Origin: Planktotalea sp.
Lineage (GTDB): Bacteria > Pseudomonadota > Alphaproteobacteria > Rhodobacterales > Rhodobacteraceae
DNA length: 50,114 nt
Direction of reading: 5' to 3'
Assembly (NCBI RefSeq): GCF_039984035.1
Contig: NZ_JBDWVM010000474.1
Span: 1 to 50,114, forward strand
The first letter of the stretch is position 1, and each line of letters opens with the position of its first letter. The translations under genes and the position numbers were made by a program. This document shows, piece by piece, positions 9,202-17,412 of this stretch. The notes beneath the pieces were generated by a model. That model was given only the letters and a program-made list of their open reading frames with translations, had not been told where the DNA came from and did not search any database.

Positions 9202-11085
9202 ATGGCCCACGATGAGATTTCATTCGACGACTACGACGAACACATTAACCCAGCTCCAGAAACGACCGATTTCGACGATGTCGTCGAAACAGCACTGAGC
9301 CGTCGTGGATTTCTTGGCGGTGTTATGGCCTTTGGCGCGGGTACATTTGTTCTTGGAACGACAGCGCTCAGCACACCAGCCAGCGCAAGCGCAGATCGCT
9401 TCGGGTTTGAGCAAGTCGCAGCGAATAATCTGGATACAATCACGGTTCCGAACGGCTTTGAATGGAAGCCTGTCGCGCTTTGGGGCGATCCGCTTTGGTC
9501 CGATGTTCCTGAGTTTGATGAGGCCACACGCGGCACCGCAACCACGCAAGCGCGCGCATTTGGTGACAACAACGACGGCATGTCTGTATTCAACCAACAT
9601 GGCAAAACGGTCATGGTTGTGAACAATGAATACACCAACCGCAAACTGCTGTGGGGCAATCGCCCGGATGCGAAACCAGCAAATGATGATGATGTCGAAA
9701 AGGGCATGATGGCGCATGGTGTTTCCGTGTTCCAAGTCACGGCTGAGGCCGATGGCTGGAGCATTGCGAAAGACAGCGATCTCAACCGCCGTATTACCCC
9801 GCGCACAGAGATGGACCTTACAGGCCCAGCAGCGGGCCATGATCTGATGAAGACAGACGCTGACCCAACAGGCACGAAAACGCTCGGCACTTGGAACAAC
9901 TGCGGTAATGGCGAAACGCCTTGGGGCACGTACCTTGCGTGTGAAGAAAACTTCAACGGCTACTTCTCTGCAGAAGACGAAGCACATGAAGTCAGTGCAG
10001 AGCTGAAGCGCTATGGCGTGTCGTCCAAAGATTGGGGCTACGGCTGGGCGCAGGTTGATGAACGTTTCGACGTCTCAAAAAACCCGAACGAGCCAAACCG
10101 CGCAGGTTACGTTGTCGAAATCGATCCATTCGATCCGACATCGACACCAAAGAAACGTACCGCACTGGGCCGTTTCAAACATGAAAACGCCGAAGTCGTG
10201 ATCGCCGCTAATGGCCGCGTCGTCGTCTACATGGGCGACGATGAGCGCGGCGAATATCTCTACCGTTTCGTTTCAAACGGCATCTACACACCAACCGGCA
10301 GTACCGAAGGTTTGCTGGATGATGGCACGCTTTACGTTGCAAAATTCAATGAGGATATGACAGGCGAATGGCTCGCACTTACGACAGAGACGACTGGGAT
10401 GAGTTCTGCAGAGATCTGCATTCACACGCGCATGGCAGCGTCCAAAGTAGGCGCAACGACGATGGATCGCCCCGAATGGGTTGCGGCCAACCCTGCAAAG
10501 GTGGAGGCCTATGTCGCTTTGACCAACAACAAGAACCGCGGCGTGAAACCGAATGCGGGCGGTGATGATACATCTGCGAACGCGGTAAACCCCCGCGAGG
10601 AAAACCATTACGGTCAGATCGCGCGCTGGGTGCCAGATGCGGCGGATCACACGGCAAACGGTTTCATCTGGGATTTGTACGCTTTGGCAGGCAACCCTGA
10701 GGTCCACGACGACGCCAATGCAGGCTCGGACAACATCAACGCGGGTAATATGTTCAACTCGCCGGATGGTTTGGTCTTTGACAGCAATGGTCTGCTTTGG
10801 ATCCAAACCGATGGAAACTACAGCGATGCGGACGGGTTTGCAGGTATGGGCAACAACCAGATGCTGGTTGGCGACACGTTCACTGGCGAAATTCGTCGTT
10901 TCCTCGTGGGGCCAAAAGAATGCGAAGTGACAGGTATGTGCTGGTCCCCTGACCGCCGCACGATGTTTGTCGGCATTCAGCACCCGGGCGAAAGATCAGG
11001 CAGCAACTTCCCACATGGCGGTGATGCGCTCGCGCGTTCAGGCGTTTTCGCAGTTTCTCGCACAGATGGGGCTGTTATCGGGTAA
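9202..11085 (+). CDS. phoX: PhoX family alkaline phosphatase (Tat-exported)
   Basis: Twin-arginine SRRGFL; GDNNDGM, NNEY, NNCGNGETPWGTYLACEENF, ALGRFKHE, MDRPEW, SPDGL, QHPGE motifs. Confidence 0.95.
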   Translation: MAHDEISFDDYDEHINPAPETTDFDDVVETALSRRGFLGGVMAFGAGTFVLGTTALSTPASASADRFGFEQVAANNLDTITVPNGFEWKPVALWGDPLWSDVPEFDEATRGTATTQARAFGDNNDGMSVFNQHGKTVMVVNNEYTNRKLLWGNRPDAKPANDDDVEKGMMAHGVSVFQVTAEADGWSIAKDSDLNRRITPRTEMDLTGPAAGHDLMKTDADPTGTKTLGTWNNCGNGETPWGTYLACEENFNGYFSAEDEAHEVSAELKRYGVSSKDWGYGWAQVDERFDVSKNPNEPNRAGYVVEIDPFDPTSTPKKRTALGRFKHENAEVVIAANGRVVVYMGDDERGEYLYRFVSNGIYTPTGSTEGLLDDGTLYVAKFNEDMTGEWLALTTETTGMSSAEICIHTRMAASKVGATTMDRPEWVAANPAKVEAYVALTNNKNRGVKPNAGGDDTSANAVNPREENHYGQIARWVPDAADHTANGFIWDLYALAGNPEVHDDANAGSDNINAGNMFNSPDGLVFDSNGLLWIQTDGNYSDADGFAGMGNNQMLVGDTFTGEIRRFLVGPKECEVTGMCWSPDRRTMFVGIQHPGERSGSNFPHGGDALARSGVFAVSRTDGAVIG

Positions 11086-11119
11086 CCGTCATACAACTGC
11101 AACAAATTGGGGCTAGCTT
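11086..11119 (+). promoter_or_regulatory. Pho box with correctly spaced -10 element
   Basis: CCGTCAT-ACAA-CTGCAAC (11086-11103) versus consensus CTGTCAT-A(A/T)A(A/T)-CTGT(C/A)A(C/T), then 10 bp, then TAGCTT (11114-11119). Confidence 0.6.
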
Positions 11120-11125
11120 ACTTAT

Positions 11126-11220
11126 ACCAGCCCCAAGTTTCCCTAAACGACGGGGATTTTAGAAAAGTCATTTCAAAAGTTCTGCCCCAAAGACATCACT
11201 GTCTTTGGGGCTTTCTTTTC
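11126..11220 (+). ncRNA. Candidate PhoB-dependent small RNA (~95 nt), unverified
   Basis: Bounded by the Pho box/-10 promoter and a strong intrinsic terminator; no credible ORF inside. Confidence 0.35.
11184..11220 (+). terminator. Rho-independent terminator
   Basis: GCCCCAAAGACA-TCAC-TGTCTTTGGGGC, a 12-bp perfect stem, followed by TTTCTTTTC. Confidence 0.85.
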
Positions 11221-11310
11221 TACATTCCGGTCCGTCACTCAATTGCGAAACCCGTTGCGCCGCTTCGGTCCTTGCGTCATGATCAACCTCGGCTTTCAAG
11301 GGGCGATGAT

Positions 11311-11766
11311 ATGCGGAAATTTCTTGTAGTTTTGGATGACAGCCGCGAATGTCTGAACGCAATGCGGTTCGCCGCGATGCGCGCGGCCCACACGGGTGGC
11401 GGCGTGGAAATTCTTTCCGTGATTCCACCAGATGAATTCAACCATTGGATCGGTGTCGGGGATATCATGCGCGAAGAAGCGCGCGAGCGTATCCATGCCC
11501 ATTTCGAAGTGTTCGCCAAGTGGATGCGCGACAAACAAGGTGTTGATCCCGAACTCGTGATCCGCGAGGGCAACCCGGTCACAGAGATTCTCGCGCAGTG
11601 TAGCGATGATCCAGACGTCGGGGTTTTGGTCCTTGGTGCCAGCTCTGACAAGAAAGGGCCCGGCCCCTTGGTGACACAGCTCACACGCAATTCTGGAACG
11701 CTTGAAATTCCGATCACGATTGTACCGGGTGAGTTGAGCAAAGAACGGTTGGAAGCCATTACCTAA
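11311..11766 (+). CDS. Universal stress protein
   Basis: MRKFLVVLDDSRECLNAMRFAA...REG...LVLGA...GPGPLV...IPITIVP; start moved from 11107 to ATG 11311. Confidence 0.92.
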   Translation: MRKFLVVLDDSRECLNAMRFAAMRAAHTGGGVEILSVIPPDEFNHWIGVGDIMREEARERIHAHFEVFAKWMRDKQGVDPELVIREGNPVTEILAQCSDDPDVGVLVLGASSDKKGPGPLVTQLTRNSGTLEIPITIVPGELSKERLEAIT

Positions 11767-11790
11767 CTACTTCGAATAGGAGCCAAGGCG

Positions 11791-12180
11791 ATGGCCCAGC
11801 ACATATCTGCCTTCGCAATTGTCGTGCCTGATTACGATGAGGGCATTGATTTCTATGTAAATACGCTCGGTTTTGAGTTGATCGAAGACACACGACAGAG
11901 CGATACAAAACGTTGGGTTCTGGTCGCCCCCAAAGGTGCTGACACGCGAATTTTGCTCGCTAAAGCAGTTGGCGCTGAACAATCAGCAGCGATTGGCAAT
12001 CAAACAGGTGGGCGCGTCGGTTTTTTCTTGAACACGGATGATTTCGAGACCGACTATAAAAACATGAAAAACGCTGGCGTCTATTTTGAAGAAGACCCGC
12101 GATATGAACCATATGGCAGTGTTGCGGTTTTTCAGGATCCCTTTGGCAATCGTTGGGACTTGCTCCAGCTCAACGCTTAG
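11791..12180 (+). CDS. VOC (glyoxalase/bleomycin resistance) family protein
   Basis: VPDYDEGIDFY...LGF, GNQTGGRVGFFL.TDDF, YG.VAVF.DPFGNRWDL; AGGAG ribosome binding site. Confidence 0.9.
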   Translation: MAQHISAFAIVVPDYDEGIDFYVNTLGFELIEDTRQSDTKRWVLVAPKGADTRILLAKAVGAEQSAAIGNQTGGRVGFFLNTDDFETDYKNMKNAGVYFEEDPRYEPYGSVAVFQDPFGNRWDLLQLNA

Positions 12181-12197
12181 TTTAGAATTATTCTAAA
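12181..12197. promoter_or_regulatory. Irr box (iron control element, ICE)
   Basis: TTTAGAATTATTCTAAA, a perfect match to the ICE consensus TTTAGAA-N3-TTCTAAA, immediately upstream of the -35 of an Fe-S biogenesis gene. Confidence 0.85.
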
Positions 12198-12199
12198 TG

Positions 12200-12228
12200 T
12201 TGACAATGTGCTTCACGCCACACATATC
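12200..12228 (+). promoter_or_regulatory. Putative promoter of nfuA
   Basis: TTGACA-17 bp-CATATC. Confidence 0.6.
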
Positions 12229-12255
12229 AAAAGCAGGCTGTTAGAGAGACGCAAA

Positions 12256-12822
12256 ATGTTTATTCAAACTGAATCCACTCCGAACCCCGCAACCCTCAAG
12301 TTTCTGCCGGGTCAAACCGTGCTTGAAATGGGGACAGCAGATTTCCCAAGCCCTGTTGGCGCGGAAGTCTCTCCGCTCGCTGCGCGTATTTTCGCGGTCG
12401 ATGGTGTGAACGGCGTTTTCTTTGGAACGGATTTCGTGACGGTTACTAAAACCGATGCGGTTGAATGGGATCACATCAAGCCTGCGATCCTCGGCGCGAT
12501 CATGGAGCATTTCCAATCTGGCGCAGCCGTCATGGCCGGCGACACAGCGCAGCCCAATTCAGGTCACGCAGAGCACACAGGCGAAGACGGTGAAATCGTC
12601 GGTCAGATCAAAGAGCTTCTGGATAGCCGTGTACGTCCTGCCGTTGCCCAAGATGGCGGCGACATCACGTTCCACGGTTTTGAACGCGGCGTCGTGTACC
12701 TGCACATGCAGGGTGCCTGCGCGGGTTGCCCATCGTCCACTCTGACGTTGAAAATGGGTATCGAAAACCTGCTGCGCCATTACATCCCTGAAGTCACCGA
12801 AGTGCGCCCTGTCGCTGTCTAA
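12256..12822 (+). CDS. nfuA: NifU/NfuA family Fe-S cluster carrier
   Basis: MFIQTESTPNPATLKFLPG N-terminal domain; RVRPAVAQDGGDI and GACAGCPSS (CxxC). Confidence 0.93.
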   Translation: MFIQTESTPNPATLKFLPGQTVLEMGTADFPSPVGAEVSPLAARIFAVDGVNGVFFGTDFVTVTKTDAVEWDHIKPAILGAIMEHFQSGAAVMAGDTAQPNSGHAEHTGEDGEIVGQIKELLDSRVRPAVAQDGGDITFHGFERGVVYLHMQGACAGCPSSTLTLKMGIENLLRHYIPEVTEVRPVAV

Positions 12823-13251
12823 ATGACTGCAATGACGATCACAGCGCGGTGCTATTGCGGTCATGTCGAGATGCGTAGCGAACTCGCGCCTGTGACCGTC
12901 GCCTTTTGTCATTGCATTGATTGCAAACGTTGGACAGGCAGCCCAGCGCCCGCGTTTGCGGCGTTCGACGTTGGCGCGGTACAGGCGACCCCAGACCTTG
13001 GTGCACCTGTTGTGACCAACGCGGGTGTTGAACGGTGGAATTGCCCGAAATGCGGCTCCCCCCTTGGTGCAACCTTTGACTATCTGCCTAATCAGTTTTA
13101 CGTCCCACTCGGCCTAATTGATCAAGCCGACGCACTGCCTGCCGCGATACATTGTCATAGCGCACAACAACTGCCATGGCTGCGCATTCACGATAACGCG
13201 GACCGCGCCGCTAGGTCAGCGCGAGACACATTGAAAGTCAGCAAAACATGA
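12823..13251 (+). CDS. GFA family (glutathione-dependent formaldehyde-activating/CENP-V-like) Zn protein
   Basis: CYCG, CHCIDCKR, CPKCGSPL cysteine pattern. Confidence 0.88.
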   Translation: MTAMTITARCYCGHVEMRSELAPVTVAFCHCIDCKRWTGSPAPAFAAFDVGAVQATPDLGAPVVTNAGVERWNCPKCGSPLGATFDYLPNQFYVPLGLIDQADALPAAIHCHSAQQLPWLRIHDNADRAARSARDTLKVSKT

Positions 13252-13823
13252 TCGTCCTCGGCTTTGACACCAGCACAGGCCATTGCGCTGCGGCTTTGGT
13301 AAAGGACGGTAAGATTCTCGCTGAAAAACGCGAAGAAATGAAGCGTGGCCAAGCGGAACGGCTTATGGTTTTGCTTGAAGAAATACTCGCTAGCCAAAGC
13401 GTGACATGGGGTGATCTCGACGCGATTGGAGTTGGCGTTGGCCCCGGAAATTTCACGGGTATTCGGATTTGCGTAAGCGCCGCTCGTGGCTTGGCGCTTG
13501 GGCTTGGCGTCCCTGCCATCGGCGTGAACCGTTTTGACATTATCAACTCTTATGACCTGAATGGTCTGCCTTGCGTCGTCGCACCCCAGAATAAGGTCTA
13601 TGTTCAACGCGACGGGGGGCACCCTGAACATATGGCGCTGGAAGAGGCGGAGCAGCTTGGACAGCCTTTGGTGTTTGAGCCTGAGGACGTAAACCAAGCC
13701 ATCGCGATTGCCCAGATTGCATCCAAGAGGGTCGGCAGCGATCAACCGCGCCCCGCACCGCTCTATATCAAAGCAGCGGACGCGGCCCCTGCCCGCGATG
13801 CACCGCCAAAGATCATCGCATGA
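13248..13823 (+). CDS. tsaB: tRNA threonylcarbamoyladenosine biosynthesis protein TsaB
   Basis: LGFDTS, GQAERL, IGVGVGPGNFTGIRI, PAPLYIK. Confidence 0.93.
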   Translation: MIVLGFDTSTGHCAAALVKDGKILAEKREEMKRGQAERLMVLLEEILASQSVTWGDLDAIGVGVGPGNFTGIRICVSAARGLALGLGVPAIGVNRFDIINSYDLNGLPCVVAPQNKVYVQRDGGHPEHMALEEAEQLGQPLVFEPEDVNQAIAIAQIASKRVGSDQPRPAPLYIKAADAAPARDAPPKIIA

Positions 13824-14224
13824 CGCCGCACGAATTGGCAGCGCTTCATACGCGCGCGAGCACATCGCCTTGGTCTGTGCAAAGTTTTGAAAACCAGCTC
13901 GCGCAAGCAGGCACGCTTTTATCTTGTTCGCAGAATGCCTTTGCAATTGGGCATGCTGTCTTGGACGAAGCAGAGCTTTTGCAAATTGCCACAGCCCCTG
14001 AGTTTCAGAACCAAGGGTTGGGTCGCAAAATGTTGCACTCCTTTGAACATGCGGCGAAAGCCAGAGGCTGTATGCGCGCATTTTTGGAAGTCGCCGAGAG
14101 CAACACACCTGCCCGTGCACTTTATTCAGGCGCTGGATGGAAAATCGACGGGACGCGTAAGGGATATTATAAACACCCCGATGGAACCCGCGAAGATGCC
14201 ATTCTGATGTCAAAATCCCTCTGA
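13820..14224 (+). CDS. rimI: Ribosomal protein S18-alanine N-acetyltransferase-like GNAT
   Basis: DEAELLQIA, Q.QGLG, FLEVAESN..ARALY, G.RKGYY...EDAILM; follows tsaB. Confidence 0.85.
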   Translation: MTPHELAALHTRASTSPWSVQSFENQLAQAGTLLSCSQNAFAIGHAVLDEAELLQIATAPEFQNQGLGRKMLHSFEHAAKARGCMRAFLEVAESNTPARALYSGAGWKIDGTRKGYYKHPDGTREDAILMSKSL

Positions 14225-14270
14225 TCACAGATGCTTAGAAGTTGTGCTACGTGACGCTAAGTCAAGGCAG

Positions 14271-14294
14271 TTCAACCAAATTCACAAGGTTGAA
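14271..14294. promoter_or_regulatory. Palindrome upstream of the nucleoside ABC operon (possible operator)
   Basis: TTCAACC-N10-GGTTGAA, about 15 bp upstream of a TTGACC -35-like hexamer at 14309. Confidence 0.35.
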
Positions 14295-14428
14295 AGCACA
14301 AGAATCGGTTGACCCCGCCGCGTCACTACGTCCTAATCGCTTGATGGAAGCGCAGATCAATGCGCCGAGGCTCGGCTCGTACGATTTGTGCGACGCGCTT
14401 ATAATCCGAAATCAATTGGGAGAAACCA

Positions 14429-15433
14429 ATGTCTGTAATGAAAAAAATCCTCGGCGGCGCAGCTGCTCTAGCACTCTCTGCTGGTGCTCTTGTCGCTGAC
14501 CCTGCGATCATTTTTGATCTTGGCGGTAAATTCGACAAATCCTTCAATGAAGCAGCGTTCACTGGCGCTCAGCGTTGGGCTGACGAAACTGGTGGCAAGT
14601 TCTTTGAAATCGAACTGCAATCAGAAGCACAGCGTGAGCAAGCGCTGCGTCGTTTCGCAGAAGCGGGCGCGAACCCAATCATCACAACAGGTTTTGCTTT
14701 CGCAACACCAGTTGAAGCGGTTGCACCTGACTACCCTGACACAAAATTCGTAAACATCGATGGTTGGATGCCGGAAGTACCAGCAAACGTTCAGCTGATC
14801 GGCTTCCAAGAGCACCAAGGGTCCTACCTTGTTGGTATGATGGCTGCGATGGCGTCTAAGTCTGGCACAGTCGGCTTCATCGGCGGCATGGACATCCCGC
14901 TGATCCGTCACTTCGGTTGTGGCTTTGCGCAAGGCGTGAAAGCAGTAAACCCAGACGCGACGGTTATTGCGAACATGACAGGCACGACGCCAACAGCATG
15001 GAATGACCCGGTAAAAGGTTCTGAGCTGACAAAAGCACAAATCAGCCAAGGCGCAGACGTTGTTTATGCAGCGGCAGGCGGCACAGGCGTTGGTGTTCTT
15101 CAGACAGCTGCGGACGAAGGCATCTTGTCCATCGGCGTAGACAGCAACCAAAACCACATGCACCCAGGCAAAGTTCTGACATCCATGCTCAAGCGCGTTG
15201 ATGTTGCGGTTTATGAATCCATGAAAGCAGGCGCAGAGCTCGAAACAGGTGGTTTCACAACGCTTGGTCTTGCTGAAGATGGCGTTGGCTATGCGCTCGA
15301 CGACAACAACGCACCGCTCGTCAGCGACGAAATGAAAGCGGCTGTAGAAGATGCAAAAGCGAAGATCATCAGCGGTGATCTGGAAGTTGTTGCTTACTAC
15401 GCGAACGACAGCTGCCCAGTGCTAGACTTTTAA
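14429..15433 (+). CDS. BMP family ABC transporter substrate-binding protein (nucleoside-type)
   Basis: Signal peptide; GGKFDKSFNE, GFIGGMDIPLI, AAAGGTG.GV, IGVDSNQN, TSMLKRVD; GGAG ribosome binding site. Confidence 0.93.
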   Translation: MSVMKKILGGAAALALSAGALVADPAIIFDLGGKFDKSFNEAAFTGAQRWADETGGKFFEIELQSEAQREQALRRFAEAGANPIITTGFAFATPVEAVAPDYPDTKFVNIDGWMPEVPANVQLIGFQEHQGSYLVGMMAAMASKSGTVGFIGGMDIPLIRHFGCGFAQGVKAVNPDATVIANMTGTTPTAWNDPVKGSELTKAQISQGADVVYAAAGGTGVGVLQTAADEGILSIGVDSNQNHMHPGKVLTSMLKRVDVAVYESMKAGAELETGGFTTLGLAEDGVGYALDDNNAPLVSDEMKAAVEDAKAKIISGDLEVVAYYANDSCPVLDF

Positions 15434-15456
15434 GCACTTCTAAGCGAACGTATTTT

Positions 15457-15495
15457 GAAAGGCCGCGCTGCGCAGGTGGTGCGGCCTTTCTATTT
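15457..15495 (+). terminator. Hairpin/terminator after the BMP gene
   Basis: GAAAGGCCGC...GCGGCCTTTC followed by TATTT. Confidence 0.7.
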
Positions 15496-15517
15496 ATAGA
15501 ATTTGGGGGAAATCACC

Positions 15518-15883
15518 GTGCCCGATGCAATTTCAGCTTTCTTTGACACTTGGGGTCTGAGCGACGACGCCGCACGCGCAGACGCAATCGCTGCCGTCTA
15601 TTCCGAGACAGGCACTTACGCCGATCCGCGCGCGCAGGAGCCAATGATTGGGCCCGGCGCTATCGCGGACTACGTGAATATGTTCAGCGCCAATGCCCCC
15701 GGCTGGACCGCCAAAGTGGTCAAATCTGATGAAATCGCAGGGATGCAACGCGTGACCGTAGCCTTTGGCGGCAAGGGCCCGGATGGCAAGGAAATGTCCC
15801 AGCTAGGTCAGTATTTCGCTGAATTTAGCGATGAAAAAATTACCCGCCTGATTGGCTTTGTCGGCACAGGAGAAGCTGAATGA
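15518..15883 (+). CDS. SnoaL-like/NTF2 family protein
   Basis: W...D...R...IAAVYSE...YADP....GPGAI..YV pattern typical of SnoaL-like domains; GTG start after GGGGGA. Confidence 0.7.
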   Translation: MPDAISAFFDTWGLSDDAARADAIAAVYSETGTYADPRAQEPMIGPGAIADYVNMFSANAPGWTAKVVKSDEIAGMQRVTVAFGGKGPDGKEMSQLGQYFAEFSDEKITRLIGFVGTGEAE

Positions 15884-17412
15884 GCGTCGATCCAGCAATT
15901 GAGCTAAAAGGCATTTCCAAAGCCTTTGGCCCTGTTCAAGCGAACAAAGATATCTCAATTCGCGTCATGCCCGGTACGATCCATGGGATCATCGGAGAAA
16001 ACGGTGCCGGTAAATCCACATTGATGTCGATCCTTTATGGCTTTTACAAAGCGGATAAAGGCGAGATCTTTATTGGTGGTAAGAAAACATCGATCCCTGA
16101 CAGCCAAGCCGCAATTGCCGCTGGCATTGGCATGGTGTTCCAGCACTTTAAACTGGTTGAAAATTTCTCGGTTCTTGAGAACATCATTCTTGGAGCGGAA
16201 GATGGCGCTATGTTGCGTCCCTCGCTCGCCAAAGCGCGTCGTAGCTTGACCGAGCTGGCGTCTGAGTATGGCCTTGATGTCGATCCCGATGCGATTGTTG
16301 AAAACCTCAGTGTTGGACACCAACAGCGCGTTGAGATCCTGAAGGCGCTCTATCGCCAAGCGGATATTCTGATCCTTGATGAACCAACGGGTGTTCTTAC
16401 GCCTGCCGAGGCGGACCAATTGTTCCGCATCCTTAATCGTCTGCGCGAAGAGGGTAAGACGATCATCCTGATCACCCACAAACTACGCGAGATCATGGAT
16501 ACAACGGACACAGTCAGCGTGATGCGTCGCGGTGAGATGACCGCGACCGTAAAAACGTCCGAGACCTCCCCCGCTGGATTGGCGGAACTGATGGTCGGGC
16601 GCAAAGTTTTGCTGCAAGTGGACAAGGTCCCCGCAACGCCCAAACAAACGATACTTGAAGTCGAGAACCTAAGCGTTACGGATGAAAAAGGCGTTGAGCG
16701 CGTAAAAGGCATCTCGCTGGACGTCAAAGCAGGTGAAATTCTGGGCATCGCGGGCGTTGCAGGCAACGGCCAATCCGAGCTGCTAGAGGTACTTGGTGGC
16801 ATCACATCGGGTACAGGCATCATTCGCATGAATGGCAATGAGCTTGATCTCACTGGAAAGCTGTCTGATGGACGTTCCCGCCGCGCAAGGGGCATCGCCC
16901 ATGTGCCCGAAGATCGCCAACGCGAGGGTCTGATCATGGACTACATGGCGTGGGAAAACACAGCCTTTGGCTATCACCGTGATCCTGCGTATCAATCCGG
17001 CTTGCTGATGAACAATGCCGCGATCCGCAAAGACACCGAAGAAAAAATGGAGCGCTTTGATGTGCGCCCACCTAATCCCAAGTTGACGGCCAAGAATTTC
17101 TCTGGCGGCAACCAGCAAAAGATCGTTCTCGCGCGCGAAATTGAACGCAACCCTGATCTGCTGCTGATCGGCCAACCCACACGCGGCGTTGATATTGGCG
17201 CGATTGAATTCATTCACCAACAGATCGTTGCACTGCGTGATCAAGGCAAAGCAATCTTGCTTGTCTCTGTTGAACTGGACGAAATTTTCGCCCTCTCTGA
17301 TCGTATTGCAGTGATGTTTGATGGCAAGATCATGGGCTTCCGCGATCCTGCGGAGACAGATGAAAAAGAACTAGGCCTTATGATGGCCGGCGTTGTTGAG
17401 GAGGCCGCGTAA
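15880..17412 (+). CDS. ABC transporter ATP-binding protein (CUT2/nucleoside type, two nucleotide-binding domains)
   Basis: GENGAGKST, ILDEPTGVL, FSGGNQQK, QPTRGVDIGA. Confidence 0.95.
   Translation: MSVDPAIELKGISKAFGPVQANKDISIRVMPGTIHGIIGENGAGKSTLMSILYGFYKADKGEIFIGGKKTSIPDSQAAIAAGIGMVFQHFKLVENFSVLENIILGAEDGAMLRPSLAKARRSLTELASEYGLDVDPDAIVENLSVGHQQRVEILKALYRQADILILDEPTGVLTPAEADQLFRILNRLREEGKTIILITHKLREIMDTTDTVSVMRRGEMTATVKTSETSPAGLAELMVGRKVLLQVDKVPATPKQTILEVENLSVTDEKGVERVKGISLDVKAGEILGIAGVAGNGQSELLEVLGGITSGTGIIRMNGNELDLTGKLSDGRSRRARGIAHVPEDRQREGLIMDYMAWENTAFGYHRDPAYQSGLLMNNAAIRKDTEEKMERFDVRPPNPKLTAKNFSGGNQQKIVLAREIERNPDLLLIGQPTRGVDIGAIEFIHQQIVALRDQGKAILLVSVELDEIFALSDRIAVMFDGKIMGFRDPAETDEKELGLMMAGVVEEAA

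Noticed and set aside
11107-11310. N-terminal extension of the USP ORF in the ORF track (also the extensions of ecm, ccr, sdhC, sdhD, nfuA and rhomboid)
   Set aside because: These run through promoters or terminators; family-typical N-termini and ribosome binding sites support the downstream starts
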